Of a stretch of 64,000 nucleotides of DNA, positions 50,058 to 59,525 are shown in pieces. Position 1 is the first letter of the stretch; every line of letters begins with the position of its first letter. The position numbers and the translations under genes were made by a program. The DNA is from an uncultured Spirochaetota bacterium (GTDB taxonomy: Bacteria > Spirochaetota > Spirochaetia > SZUA-6 > Fen-1364). A model generated the notes under the pieces. The model made no database searches and was not told where the DNA came from. It saw nothing but the letters and a program-made list of their open reading frames with translations. The stretch is taken from assembly GCA_963734545.1 (NCBI GenBank), contig CAVTHO010000005.1:640001-704000 (forward strand), read 5' to 3'.

Positions 50058-52325
50058 TTGAATATCAAACGATGGCTTGCGCTGACGCTCGTGAGTGTGT
50101 GCGGAGTGACGTGTGGACCGGCTGGCCCCACTGTCATCCGCGCTGAAAGAGTTTTCACCGGCCACGAGTTTATCGAAGATGTGACAATCCTCATCGAGGG
50201 CGGTCTGATCAGGGAGGTGGTGCCGACTGCAGAGTTCACACCGGTCGAGGGCAGCCAGGTCCTGGACGCGGCAGGAATGACGGTCGTTCCCGGCTTCATC
50301 GATTCACACGTGCACATCCTCGGCCAGCCCCTCGAGGTGCTCAGGAATATCGCGCAATACGGATGGGGCAGGGTGGCGGAGGAAGCGATCTCCCAGGTCC
50401 CGGGCAACCGCGAAGGGTATCTCCAAAGCGGGATCACTTCGGTGATCGACATGGGCTCCACGCTCGCCGGCATGCTGCGCCTGGAGGAAGGACTTGAAAC
50501 CGGGAGCCTGGTCGGCCCTGATCTCTATTTCAGCGGGCCTCTCTTCACAGCGCCGAACGGCCACCCGGCAGGCACGATCTACCGCGGCCAGCACGACCTG
50601 ATAGATAACGCAACCGTGCAGGTTGCGGCGTCCGACCCGGCAGCGAAGAAGGTTGTCGAGTTGGCGGACCGGGGCGTGGATTTCATCAAGCTCGTCTATG
50701 ACGACGGGACCTTCTACGCGGGCAGAGTCCCCCGTCTTGACCGCAGCATCGCGCGCGGGATCGCGGACCAGGCGCATTCACGCGGACTGCCGGTGATCGC
50801 TCACGTGGGCGGCCGCGAATCGGAGTTCGCCGACATGCTGGAGTGCGGAGTGAACGGCGTGGAGCACTGCTTCGCGTACAGCGGATCGGACACGGTGCTG
50901 CACGACATGGCGGCGCGCGGCGTTGTCTTCACGCCCACCCTGTCGATCTACGAAATCTACGCGAAGCAGACGATGCCCCGGATGCGGGAGAGCGTGGCAA
51001 AGGCCCGGGAGAACGGAGTACCGATAGCGGCGGGAACCGATTTCCCCTCTTCCCGCTTTACAACGGCCGGGCCGGGATTCTACCGGGAGCTTGCGCTCCT
51101 CGAGGAGGCCGGCTTGTCGCGGGTCGAGGTGCTCGAAGCGGCCACCGTGAACGGCGCGCGCAAGATCGGAAAGACGGCCGAGACGGGCAGCATCGCAGCG
51201 GGCCGGTTGGCCAACCTTGTTTTCTTCCGCGGGGACCTTCGGGAGGGCGCGATCAGCAGGGAACGCGTTCAGGCAGTGATGCTCCGAGGGAAAATGATGA
51301 TCGAGGAGGGGACCCTGACGGTGGAAAGCCGCAAAGGCCTGACCCGGCAGCCCCTCATGGTGTTCCCGTTCGGGTTCTACGAAACGGTCTCCGGTTTTTC
51401 CATGGGCGGCAGTCTCCTCGACTTCGACGTGCTGGGCTCGGGTGTCGCCCTCGGCCTCACCGCCACGTACAGCTTTTCCAACGCATTCGCAGCGGAGATC
51501 ACCGCATCCACGCCGAGCCCGATACCGCAGACGTCCCTCGACTTCCGGCTGGGCTATGACGGCTACCCGAAACGCTTTTTCGGCATGGACAATTCCACGA
51601 CGCGCGGGGCCGCGGTCACCTATGCATGGTCGGATTTCCAGGCGGCTGTCGCGTCAGCCACGACCCTTCTGCCTGCACTCAAGCTGAATACGGCATTCTC
51701 CCTGGATGCCGCAACGATCGGCGATTACAAGGGACAGGTCCTGCCGAGCATGACGGGAAGCTCCGCAGGAATCATGACGCTCGCGCGGGTGGAGATCGCT
51801 CACGACGCAAGGGATCTCGCGGCCGCGCCATGGTACGGGGACTACGAGGCCGTTGCCGGGGGTCTTTCGGCGCCCTTTCTCGGAAGCGCCTATACTTTCT
51901 CTACCGTTGATCTCGACCTCCGGTTTTTTTTCAGCATCTTCCCCCATCACGTCATCGCTGCCCGGCTGCTCTTCAAGCAATGCTTGGGAGATGCTCCCTT
52001 TTACGCCCGGCCCGACTTCGGCGGCTTTTCACTCGGTCGGGGTTTCCAACCGGACCGTTTCATCGGCAAGCTCGGCGCCTACGGTCAGCTGGAGTATCGC
52101 TTCCCCATATGGTCCCTCATCGGCGGGGACCTCTTCCTGGACGCGGGTCAGGTCCGGGATGATTATCAACGCTTCACACTTGCGGGCTTCCACCTGTGCG
52201 GCGGCGCCGGGCTTCGGTTCACATTCTCCGAGCGCTCGATCCTGTGCGTGGACGCGGGGTTCAACGGCGAGCCGCTCTCGTCGGAGGGGTTCACCATCAT
52301 CGTGCGCACGAGTCACGCGTTTTAG
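50058..52325 (+). CDS. Secreted amidohydrolase fused to a C-terminal Omp85 (BamA/TamA-type) beta-barrel
   Basis: Signal peptide; PGFIDSHVH, FIKL, AHV, VEH, AGTD, AATVNGA; then ~320 aa of beta-strands with LGRGFQPDRF, QLEYRF, LFLDAG, GAGLRF and a terminal Phe. Confidence 0.85.
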   Translation: MNIKRWLALTLVSVCGVTCGPAGPTVIRAERVFTGHEFIEDVTILIEGGLIREVVPTAEFTPVEGSQVLDAAGMTVVPGFIDSHVHILGQPLEVLRNIAQYGWGRVAEEAISQVPGNREGYLQSGITSVIDMGSTLAGMLRLEEGLETGSLVGPDLYFSGPLFTAPNGHPAGTIYRGQHDLIDNATVQVAASDPAAKKVVELADRGVDFIKLVYDDGTFYAGRVPRLDRSIARGIADQAHSRGLPVIAHVGGRESEFADMLECGVNGVEHCFAYSGSDTVLHDMAARGVVFTPTLSIYEIYAKQTMPRMRESVAKARENGVPIAAGTDFPSSRFTTAGPGFYRELALLEEAGLSRVEVLEAATVNGARKIGKTAETGSIAAGRLANLVFFRGDLREGAISRERVQAVMLRGKMMIEEGTLTVESRKGLTRQPLMVFPFGFYETVSGFSMGGSLLDFDVLGSGVALGLTATYSFSNAFAAEITASTPSPIPQTSLDFRLGYDGYPKRFFGMDNSTTRGAAVTYAWSDFQAAVASATTLLPALKLNTAFSLDAATIGDYKGQVLPSMTGSSAGIMTLARVEIAHDARDLAAAPWYGDYEAVAGGLSAPFLGSAYTFSTVDLDLRFFFSIFPHHVIAARLLFKQCLGDAPFYARPDFGGFSLGRGFQPDRFIGKLGAYGQLEYRFPIWSLIGGDLFLDAGQVRDDYQRFTLAGFHLCGGAGLRFTFSERSILCVDAGFNGEPLSSEGFTIIVRTSHAF

Positions 52326-52367
52326 GATCGCCATGTATTCCGCGGCGGCGGAGTTTCCCGATCTCCC

Positions 52368-53114
52368 TCAGTGTCGATCGCGTGGTCCCCACCGCCATCG
52401 CCAGAGAGGCCGGGTGAAGTTCGGTCTGCCGGGACCATCCGCCCGCGCGGGGGCAGCCGCGACTGCGGTTCCCCCCTCGATCCAGACGTTGATGCTGCGC
52501 GCCACCTCGTCGTCAAGGGCGATGCTCGCCCCCTCGCATTCAATCACGTACGACGGGTACTCCTGGTGGAGCTTGACGACCCCGCCCGGGCGTATCTGCA
52601 GCGAGGTGAGCCGATGAAGCTGCTGGTCGCTTTTTGTGTACACGTATGCGACCCGGGCCGACTGCCCGATCTTCAGCTCTGTCAGGGGCACGATCAGCTT
52701 CTGCACGTAGCGCGCCGAAACCCGGCAGCATTCCCCCTCGGGGATGGGGAACCCATGCGGGCACTCACGGGGATGCCCGAGGAGCGTGCAGATCCCTTCC
52801 ACGATTTCCGTGTTGAGAATGTGCTCGAACTCGCACGCGCCCGGCTCGAACTCCCTGCCCAGCACGTCATGGATGAGCCGCTCGCCTATTCTGTGGGCGC
52901 GGATGAGCCGCTCGGCGTGCGCGGAGCCTGCCTCGGTGAGTGAGATCTCGTCACCTGCCCGGACCACGAGACTGTCCCGCGCGAGCCCGGCAAGGTCCGC
53001 ATCCCGATACCGGTCCGCAAGCTCTCCGCGCAGGGCCGGCACGGTGGAGCAGCCCCGCTCCCGAAGCTGCCAGAGGCGCTCGAGCATCTCGTCCCGATCG
53101 TTCGCGCCGTTCAC
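52368..53114 (-). CDS. DtxR/MntR-like metalloregulator with a C-terminal FeoA domain
   Basis: GTGA overlap with the feoB stop; LTEAG, RAHRIGER, ACEFEH, LGHPRECPHG.PIP, PLTELKIG..IRPG. Confidence 0.88.
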   Translation of the reverse strand: MNGANDRDEMLERLWQLRERGCSTVPALRGELADRYRDADLAGLARDSLVVRAGDEISLTEAGSAHAERLIRAHRIGERLIHDVLGREFEPGACEFEHILNTEIVEGICTLLGHPRECPHGFPIPEGECCRVSARYVQKLIVPLTELKIGQSARVAYVYTKSDQQLHRLTSLQIRPGGVVKLHQEYPSYVIECEGASIALDDEVARSINVWIEGGTAVAAAPARADGPGRPNFTRPLWRWRWGPRDRH

Positions 53115-55097
53115 AGGCCGAGCGCTCCCGCCGCAAGAACCAGGAACCCGTGCACCGCGCCGGTGAGGACAAAGGACATCAGGTAGATGCCGATCACGAT
53201 GAGGACGGCGACCCGCGCGCCCAGCTCCTTGAACACGGCCGCGATGTTGGCGAAGCACTGCGCAAACGTGACGAGGAGCACCACCGCCACGACGCTCTGC
53301 ACGCCGTTGAGGATCCCATCCCGTGACATCCGGAGGATCAGGCCGGCCGCGGCCTCGCTGCGCGCCAGGGTGAGAAGCAGGGCATCCACCATGTCCAGGG
53401 GAAGCCCCAGCCAGCCGGTCATGAGCGGCTTCAGGGCCTGCTTCAGGAGCGCCAGGATCCCGAGCTTGTCGATGACGAACATGGCAAGCGCCGCGACCAG
53501 AAAGATGGGGATCGCTTCCCGCAGGAACCAGAGCAGCCGGTATCCTGTTTTTCTGGCGACCGCGGATATGCGCGGCATCCGGATGGGGGGAAGCTCCTGG
53601 ATGAACTGGCTCCCCTTTTCTGCCGGGCAGGATCCTGTTGAGCACGAGGCCGACACCGACCTCCGCCAGCACGAGGAACGCGAAGGCAACGGCGAAATAC
53701 GAAAGCCCGTGCTGGCCGAGGATGGCAATGGCCAGACCCATCTGGGCGGAGCAGGGGATCGCGAAGGCGATGAGGGCGATGACGATGATCTTTTCCTTGC
53801 GGGACTGCAGGTTGCGCGCCGTCATCGTGGCCATGGTCTTGCAGCCGAACCCGAGCACGAGAGGGACGACCGCGTTGCCGGTGATCCCGATCTTTTCTGA
53901 CAACCGCCGGGTGAGGATGGCCAGATTGGGCAGGTACCCGATGTCCTCCAGGAGCCCGAACACGAAAAAGAAGACGGAAAGAATCGGGAGCACCGTGGTG
54001 AGTGAGTTGAAGAGACCGAGTGTGAGAAGCCCGTGGGGCCCGATGAGCAGGTCCTTCCACACGCCGGCGGGAAGAAGAGTACCCACCTCTCTCACCACGG
54101 GGTCAGAAAGCGCCGTTGTAAGGAACAGCGAGAGCGCGCCCGCGACCCCGACGACCATGAGGTAAACGACAACGAGGAAGAACCCGAGGATGGGCAATCC
54201 ATACAGTGGGTGGCGGCACATGCGCGCGAAGGTCTCGGAAAAGCGCGGCTGCGGCGCCCTGGTGGAGGTCGAAACGGCCGCCGCCACCTCGTCCACCCAG
54301 CGGTTCCTGCGCGCGCTCAAGCTTATTCCCGCCTTGCCGGCAAAGCCCGACCTGATCCCCTCCAGCTCTGCTTCCCGGCCTTCGCGCACCGGGTTCCCGA
54401 ACGAGCTCGAGAGGAAGTCACGGAATGAGGGATCGTTTTCCAGGAGAAGGACCGCGGTCTCATGGGGGTGGGGACAGCGCGGCGAGAGCAGGCCGGCAAC
54501 CCTGGCGATTGCCGCATCGAGGGAGCTGCCATAGCGCAGCGGAAGCGGCGCGGAGACGGGCGCCAGGAGGATCCGGGCGAGCTCGGGGATACCTCTGCCG
54601 GGCGCGGGAGACTGCACCACGGGCACCCCCAGCAGGCGGGACAGCTTCTCCGCATCGAGAGACAGGCCCCTCTGCGCGCTCTCCCCCACGGCGGTAAGGA
54701 CCAGGACGAGGGGAATGCCGAGACCCATCAGGTCCGCGGTCAGGAGCAGCGATTCCTTGAACCGATTGGCATCCACGCATTGGACGAGGACGTCCGGGGC
54801 CTCCTCGAAAATCAGGGAGCGCACCACCAGCTCCTCTTCCGATTGTATGTAAAGACCGTGCAGTCCCGGTGTGTCCGCCACCTCCCAGCATTCGTCCTGC
54901 TCGAAACAGACCTGTTTCGCCACTTCCACGGTGGTCGACGGATAATTGGAAACCAGCTTGTACGCGCCGGTGAGGCTGTTGAAAAGCTGGCTCTTGCCGC
55001 TGTTCGGCAGCCCGACAATGTCGATGCGCTTGGGCCGGAGGCTTGCCGCTTCCTGTGAGCCTGTTCCCGCGCCTGCAGTTTTACGAATGAGATTCAT
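53111..55097 (-). CDS. feoB: Ferrous iron transporter B; frameshift near 53625; start at 55097 or 55133
   Basis: GLPNSGKS, NYPSTTVE, DTPG, LEDIGYL, LGFGC, IPCSAQ; ELPP..MP and the C-terminal gate lie in ORF 53111..53728. Confidence 0.92.
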
Positions 55098-55102
55098 TCT
55101 CA
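55088..55102. promoter_or_regulatory. Fur-box-like 7-1-7 inverted repeat at the feoB 5' end
   Basis: TGAGATT-C-ATTCTCA, an AT-rich palindrome in a GC-rich background. Confidence 0.6.
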
Positions 55103-55136
55103 AATCATGAGCACGCCTATCCCTGCTTGCCATTCG

Positions 55137-55565
55137 CTACTTCATCCTGCACGAAGCGCAGATGCCCCGTATCCCCAGTCGATGCTCGATGGGCTGGAAA
55201 CCGTGCTTTCCGCACACCTTGTTTTGAAGCGTCTCCAGCTCGTCGTCCTTGAACTCGATGATCGTGCCGCAGACTATGCACTCGAGGTGGTCGTGGTGCT
55301 CGTGCCCCCACACGTGCTCATAGCGGGCGCGCCCCCGCGAGCGCAGCGTCTCCTTGATGATTCCGCTCTTTACGAACAAGGGGAGTGTCCGGTAGATCGT
55401 GGCCGTGGAGAGCTTCTCCCCTTTTTTCTTCAACGAATCGAGCAGCTCGTCGGCGTCGAAGTGGCCCTCGGCCGCGATGATCCCCATGAGGATCGCGTTC
55501 CTCGCGGAGGTGAAGGTGAGACCATTCTCCTTCAGATAGCTGCGAAAGTGCTCCGCCTGGTCCAT
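55137..55565 (-). CDS. fur: Fur family transcriptional regulator
   Basis: TSAR..I, HFDADEL, ATIYRTL, HHDHLECIVCG, CASC. Confidence 0.93.
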   Translation of the reverse strand: MDQAEHFRSYLKENGLTFTSARNAILMGIIAAEGHFDADELLDSLKKKGEKLSTATIYRTLPLFVKSGIIKETLRSRGRARYEHVWGHEHHDHLECIVCGTIIEFKDDELETLQNKVCGKHGFQPIEHRLGIRGICASCRMK

Positions 55566-55567
55566 TG

Positions 55568-55616
55568 TGTGACTGATTTTCACTCTCATTCTATGCCCGG
55601 CACCGCCTACTGTCAA
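55568..55616 (-). promoter_or_regulatory. Sigma70 promoter of fur with overlapping Fur-box-like sites
   Basis: TTGACA-N17-TAGAAT followed by TGAGAGTGAAAATCAGTCACA. Confidence 0.65.
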
Positions 55617-55656
55617 GCCGCGCCCTGTTGTGATATGCATCCCTCAGGGAGCCTTG

Positions 55657-55977
55657 ATGCGCCTTTTCGAAGCCATCCTCATCGTGCTTGCCGGACAACT
55701 CGCGCTGGCCGTTGCGGTCATGGGCGGACGCCGCCCGAAGTGGGCAAATCTCCTTCCGCTCATTCTCCTGGCGCCGCTTGCCGCGCACCTGGCGCTCGAG
55801 AGAGCGCGATGGCAGATGGCCCCCGCGTACCTGGTTGCCTTGGGCTTTTGCCTTGCGGGGATCATTCGCTACGCGAGCGGAGACGCCCCCCGTCCTCGAA
55901 CAGCATCGACGGTGATGGGGATCGCCGGCTTCCTGCTGCTGATGCTGAGTGCGGCCGTTGTCGCGTTTTCTCGATGA
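55657..55977 (+). CDS. Small 4-TM membrane protein, resembling the N-terminal anchor of PAF-acetylhydrolase-like esterases
   Basis: MRLFEAIL...HLALERARWQMAPAY; no hydrolase domain follows. Confidence 0.6.
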   Translation: MRLFEAILIVLAGQLALAVAVMGGRRPKWANLLPLILLAPLAAHLALERARWQMAPAYLVALGFCLAGIIRYASGDAPRPRTASTVMGIAGFLLLMLSAAVVAFSR

Positions 55978-55992
55978 ATCGCCCGAGGAGGC

Positions 55993-57117
55993 CTACTCGA
56001 GCGCCCGCCGGGATTCCTTGAGCTGTTCGATGATGGGGAGGTTCTGCGGGCATTTTTTCTCGCACTCGCCGCATTCGATGCAGGCGTCCGCCTTCTTTCC
56101 CGTGACCCACTGGTTGGTGCCGATCTCCCGATACATCTTCCTTGCCGTGTCTTCCAGTCCCCACACGCGGGAGTGATTCATCGCTTCGAATATGCGGGGA
56201 ATGTTCACTTCCTGCGGGCAGGGCATGCAGTACTTGCAGCCGGTGCAGTACAGGTCCATGAACTTCTGGTTCTGTTCCGCGGTCACCCGAATCCTCTCCT
56301 CCTCGCCCGCGTCGAGCCAGGATCCGCGCGAGGCGGTGGCCACGTTCTGTTCCACCTGCTCCATCGTGGACATCCCGCTCAGGGCAACGGTGACCGAGGG
56401 GTTGGAAAGCACGAAGCGCAGGGCGAGCTCCGGAGTGCTGATCTTGTCGCCTCCCGGAAGCATGCGCGTAATCACGTCACTCGGACTGTCGAGTCTGCCC
56501 CCGCCGACGGGGCCCATGATGACCACACCGAGCCCGCGGGAAGCCGCGTAGGCGATGCCCTCTTCGCACCTTCGGTCAAGGAGGTTGTACTGGCAGAGCA
56601 TGCTCTCGAAATACCCCGTGTCCACGAGCTTGCGAATTTCGGCGGCATCCGAGTGGAAGGAAAAGGAGAGATGCCGGGCAAGGCCTTCTTCCTTCAAGGC
56701 GAGGAACGCTTTCAGGGGCCCTCCCTTGATATCGATCCTGGTCTGGAAAAACTCCCACGAAATGCCCCAGAGATGGTAGAAGTCCACGTACTCCACGCCG
56801 AGCAGGGCAAGGCTCGTTTCGAATTTCTGCCGAAGATCCGCCGCGGTCGGCTTCTCCTGGGCGTACTTCGTGGAAACGAAGACTTTTCCCCTGTCCATTG
56901 CCTTGAGGGCTTCCCCGAGCGTCCTCTCCGAGTCCTGGGCACAGTACCACTTGCCGGTGTCGAAGTAGGTGACACCGAGCTGATATCCGCGCAGCAGCAT
57001 GGGAATGGCCTTGTCGCGATCCACGGTCCGTTCGTCCTTCATGGGAAGGCGCATGCAGCCGAATCCAAGGGTGGAGAGCTGCACTCCCGTTGTGCCCATT
57101 GCGCGGTATGTCATCAT
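55993..57117 (-). CDS. Aldo/keto reductase with a C-terminal 4Fe-4S dicluster
   Basis: GFGCMRLP, FDTG..Y, CTGCKYCMPCP, CIECGECEKKCP. Confidence 0.93.
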   Translation of the reverse strand: MMTYRAMGTTGVQLSTLGFGCMRLPMKDERTVDRDKAIPMLLRGYQLGVTYFDTGKWYCAQDSERTLGEALKAMDRGKVFVSTKYAQEKPTAADLRQKFETSLALLGVEYVDFYHLWGISWEFFQTRIDIKGGPLKAFLALKEEGLARHLSFSFHSDAAEIRKLVDTGYFESMLCQYNLLDRRCEEGIAYAASRGLGVVIMGPVGGGRLDSPSDVITRMLPGGDKISTPELALRFVLSNPSVTVALSGMSTMEQVEQNVATASRGSWLDAGEEERIRVTAEQNQKFMDLYCTGCKYCMPCPQEVNIPRIFEAMNHSRVWGLEDTARKMYREIGTNQWVTGKKADACIECGECEKKCPQNLPIIEQLKESRRALE

Positions 57118-57183
57118 GTGGTGTATTCTCCGGCTCGATACAGGTATGCGGAGAACTATATATCAAATTGACCAAGGGCACAA

Positions 57184-57203
57184 CTGAGCGGCGCGCCGCT
57201 CAG
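57184..57203. terminator. 20-bp perfect palindrome at the 3' end of the acyltransferase
   Basis: CTGAGCGGCG-CGCCGCTCAG. Confidence 0.4.
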
Positions 57204-58040
57204 ATGGCTTTGACCGCCCGCTCGTCGGGGAGGGGGCGCTCCCCCTCCGCCTGCCCGCGCGGAGGGTGTTTCACCAGACGGGGCATGATGCCGCGGTACA
57301 TCGTCTTGCATCCCCTCTCCCGGTCGATCGTTGCCTGCATGCTCGCGCGCACCTGCCCGGCGAGGCTCTTCGCGGCTCTCTTCAATGACACGCCGTCTTC
57401 ACCCTGGCCGGCGGCAGGGAGGAGCGTCAGGGGAACCGGCACCGGCGCGCCGATCACGATGGTGACCCGGGGCGGAAGAAGGATGTCGCGCCCGGCGACG
57501 CGGAAAGGAGCGCCTGCCGCGCCAGCGGGTTTCGTGCAGCACGGTGGTGATCGGCACAAGCGGGACGTTGAGCCTGCACGCGAGCAGGAACGCCCCCGGG
57601 TGAAACGCCTGGATCTCCTGGTTCTCGCGATAGCATTCCCCTTCGGGGAAGAAGTGTATGAATCCGAGCTCGCGCAAGGCCGTGCGGGCTGCCGTGTCCA
57701 GGAGGCGCAGGGCGCCGGGACGCTCGGGAATGGGCACTCCGCCGAGCAGCCGTACGAAGGTGCCCAGGAACGGGATGAGCGCGGTTTCCTCCAGCATCGT
57801 GAAGTAGGTTCTGTGGGGGCGGATGGCGTGGGCGAGGATGCCGGGATCCAGGAGGAGCGTGTGGTTGCTCACGAGGACCGCGCCGCCGGTCCGGGGCAGG
57901 TTTTCTCTTCCCTTGATCCTCACCCGGTATGCAAGCCAATCGACGATCCTGACCATCGCGACCACCAGGTGATAGAGGATGATGAACGGCGGAAACGGCG
58001 GGGTGAATCCGATGATGTTCGCGCCTTTGCGGTACGCCAA
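57200..58040 (-). CDS. Lysophospholipid acyltransferase (PlsC-like); frameshift near 57510
   Basis: NHTLLLD, FFPEG, VPLVP; RVTIVIGAP continues in ORF 57200..57559. Confidence 0.85.
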
Positions 58041-58050
58041 TCCCTGCTCC

Positions 58051-59204
58051 CTATTGGAGGGTCCGGCCCTTCCAGATGATGCCCTGGCCCGAGCTCGCCC
58101 GGCCGAAGCTCCACCACGCCATGTAGAGGAGGTGAGCGAAGAGCACGGGGTAGAGAAACGGTGTCCACCACCGCAGGCCGCGATCGTAGAGAACGAGCGC
58201 CCAGGCGGCGAGGAAGAGCAGCACGCAGAGGAAGGTCAGCTGCGCGGCGGGGCTTCCCGTGAGGATCTGAATGGGGAGCAGCGCGAGGGGAAGCACGACG
58301 AATGTCACGAGGAGCGTCACCGCGGCGGCGAAGAACATGGTCCGGTTCCGCGCCAGGTCGTAGATGTTCTTGGAGATGCCATTGAAGGAGGCGCGATAGC
58401 CGTCGTACATCCGGCAGCGGACGTGCCGGCGGATGTCCAGGAACACCTCCCGGTAGCCGGCCCTTTTCAGCTCACGGGCAACGGCCAGGTCATCGCTTAT
58501 CTTTTCCGCCACGCGCGCGTACCCGCCAATTGCCTCGAAGGCGCTCCTCCTGAAGAGGATCAACTGACCGATGGCAAAGGAGAGACCGGGGGCCGGCAGG
58601 GCGGCGATGAGCCAGAGCGGGAGGACCATGGCGGACATGATGTAGGTGGCCGGGACGATGAACTGCTCGCCGATGGTGTTCAGCTCCTGGAAAACGTAGC
58701 CGGAGAGGCAGTCCGCCCTGTGCCATTCCATGTTCGTGACCGCCCAGGCGATGCTCTCCCGCCCGTGCACCGTGTCCGCATCGGTGAAGAGCAGATAGTC
58801 ACCGCGCGCGTGCCGGGAGAGCTGCTGCATGGCGTGCGGTTTCCCGCTCCAGCCCCTGCCCGGCAGGGGCTCGCCTCTTATCGCGCGTATCCTGCCCGGG
58901 GTTTCGGCGCGCGTAGTCGGCAAAGGACTTCCCACGTTCGATCGGTGGACTGGTCGTTCAGCACGACTATCTCGTAGTTGGAATACGTCTGCTCCAGGAG
59001 AGAATCCAGGCACGGCCCGATATTCTTTTCCTCATCTCGCGCGGGGATGAGCACGGAAACCATCCTCCCGCGGGTGATGCGCGGCCTGTGGGAGCTGAGA
59101 CGCAGCCAGACGATGTTGGAAATGGAAAGCAGCAGGAAATACGCGGCGCCGAGGAAAAACAAGAGTCGTACCGTATGATCCAGCAGTACGATGAGGGCGA
59201 TCAT
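58051..59204 (-). CDS. Membrane GT2 glycosyltransferase (CrtQ/CruC/HpnB-like); frameshifts near 58900
   Basis: SVLIPARDEE, NDQSTDRT, GWSGKPHA, FTDAD, AIGGY, DDLAVA, WKGR. Confidence 0.88.
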
Positions 59205-59252
59205 GGGCAACTCTCCTCTACATCGACGGCCAATGCATAGACAGCCTATGCT

Positions 59253-59304
59253 AATATAGTCTGCCGCTGTCGGGGGGTCAAGATCGCGCTCATGGGGGAC
59301 GATA
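59253..59304. promoter_or_regulatory. Back-to-back promoters: sigma70-like (minus) and sigma28-like (plus)
   Basis: Minus TTGACC-N17-TATATT; plus TCAA(G)-N16-GACGATA; both use 59278-59281. Confidence 0.5.
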
Positions 59305-59311
59305 CAAGAGT

Positions 59312-59491
59312 ATGATACCAGGAATCTCTCGAGGCGCCGCGGACTTTTCACGCTCCCTGGAAGCTCTGGCCGCTTTGCTCAAGAGCTCCAACGAGCAGAC
59401 AATGCAGATGGCTGAAAAACTGCTCAAGGTCGACGTTGCGCAGAGCATTCAGGACTCAGCGGTCGGCGCGCGTATCGACGTTTCTGCCTGA
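59312..59491 (+). CDS. 59-aa small protein, YjfB/putative motility protein-like (not in the ORF track)
   Basis: Manual translation MIPGISRGAADFSRSLEALAALLKSSNEQTMQMAEKLLKVDVAQSIQDSAVGARIDVSA; C-terminal GxxIDxxA. Confidence 0.7.
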   Translation: MIPGISRGAADFSRSLEALAALLKSSNEQTMQMAEKLLKVDVAQSIQDSAVGARIDVSA

Positions 59492-59525
59492 AAGGTATTC
59501 ACCCCCCTTCACGAAGGATCGGCCC

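Noticed and set aside
52368-55133. Apparent 921-aa FeoB-DtxR-FeoA fusion
   Set aside because: A frameshift near 53625 diverts FeoB into junk sequence. The true FeoB C-terminus is in ORF 53111..53728, and the regulator has its own GTG overlapping that stop.
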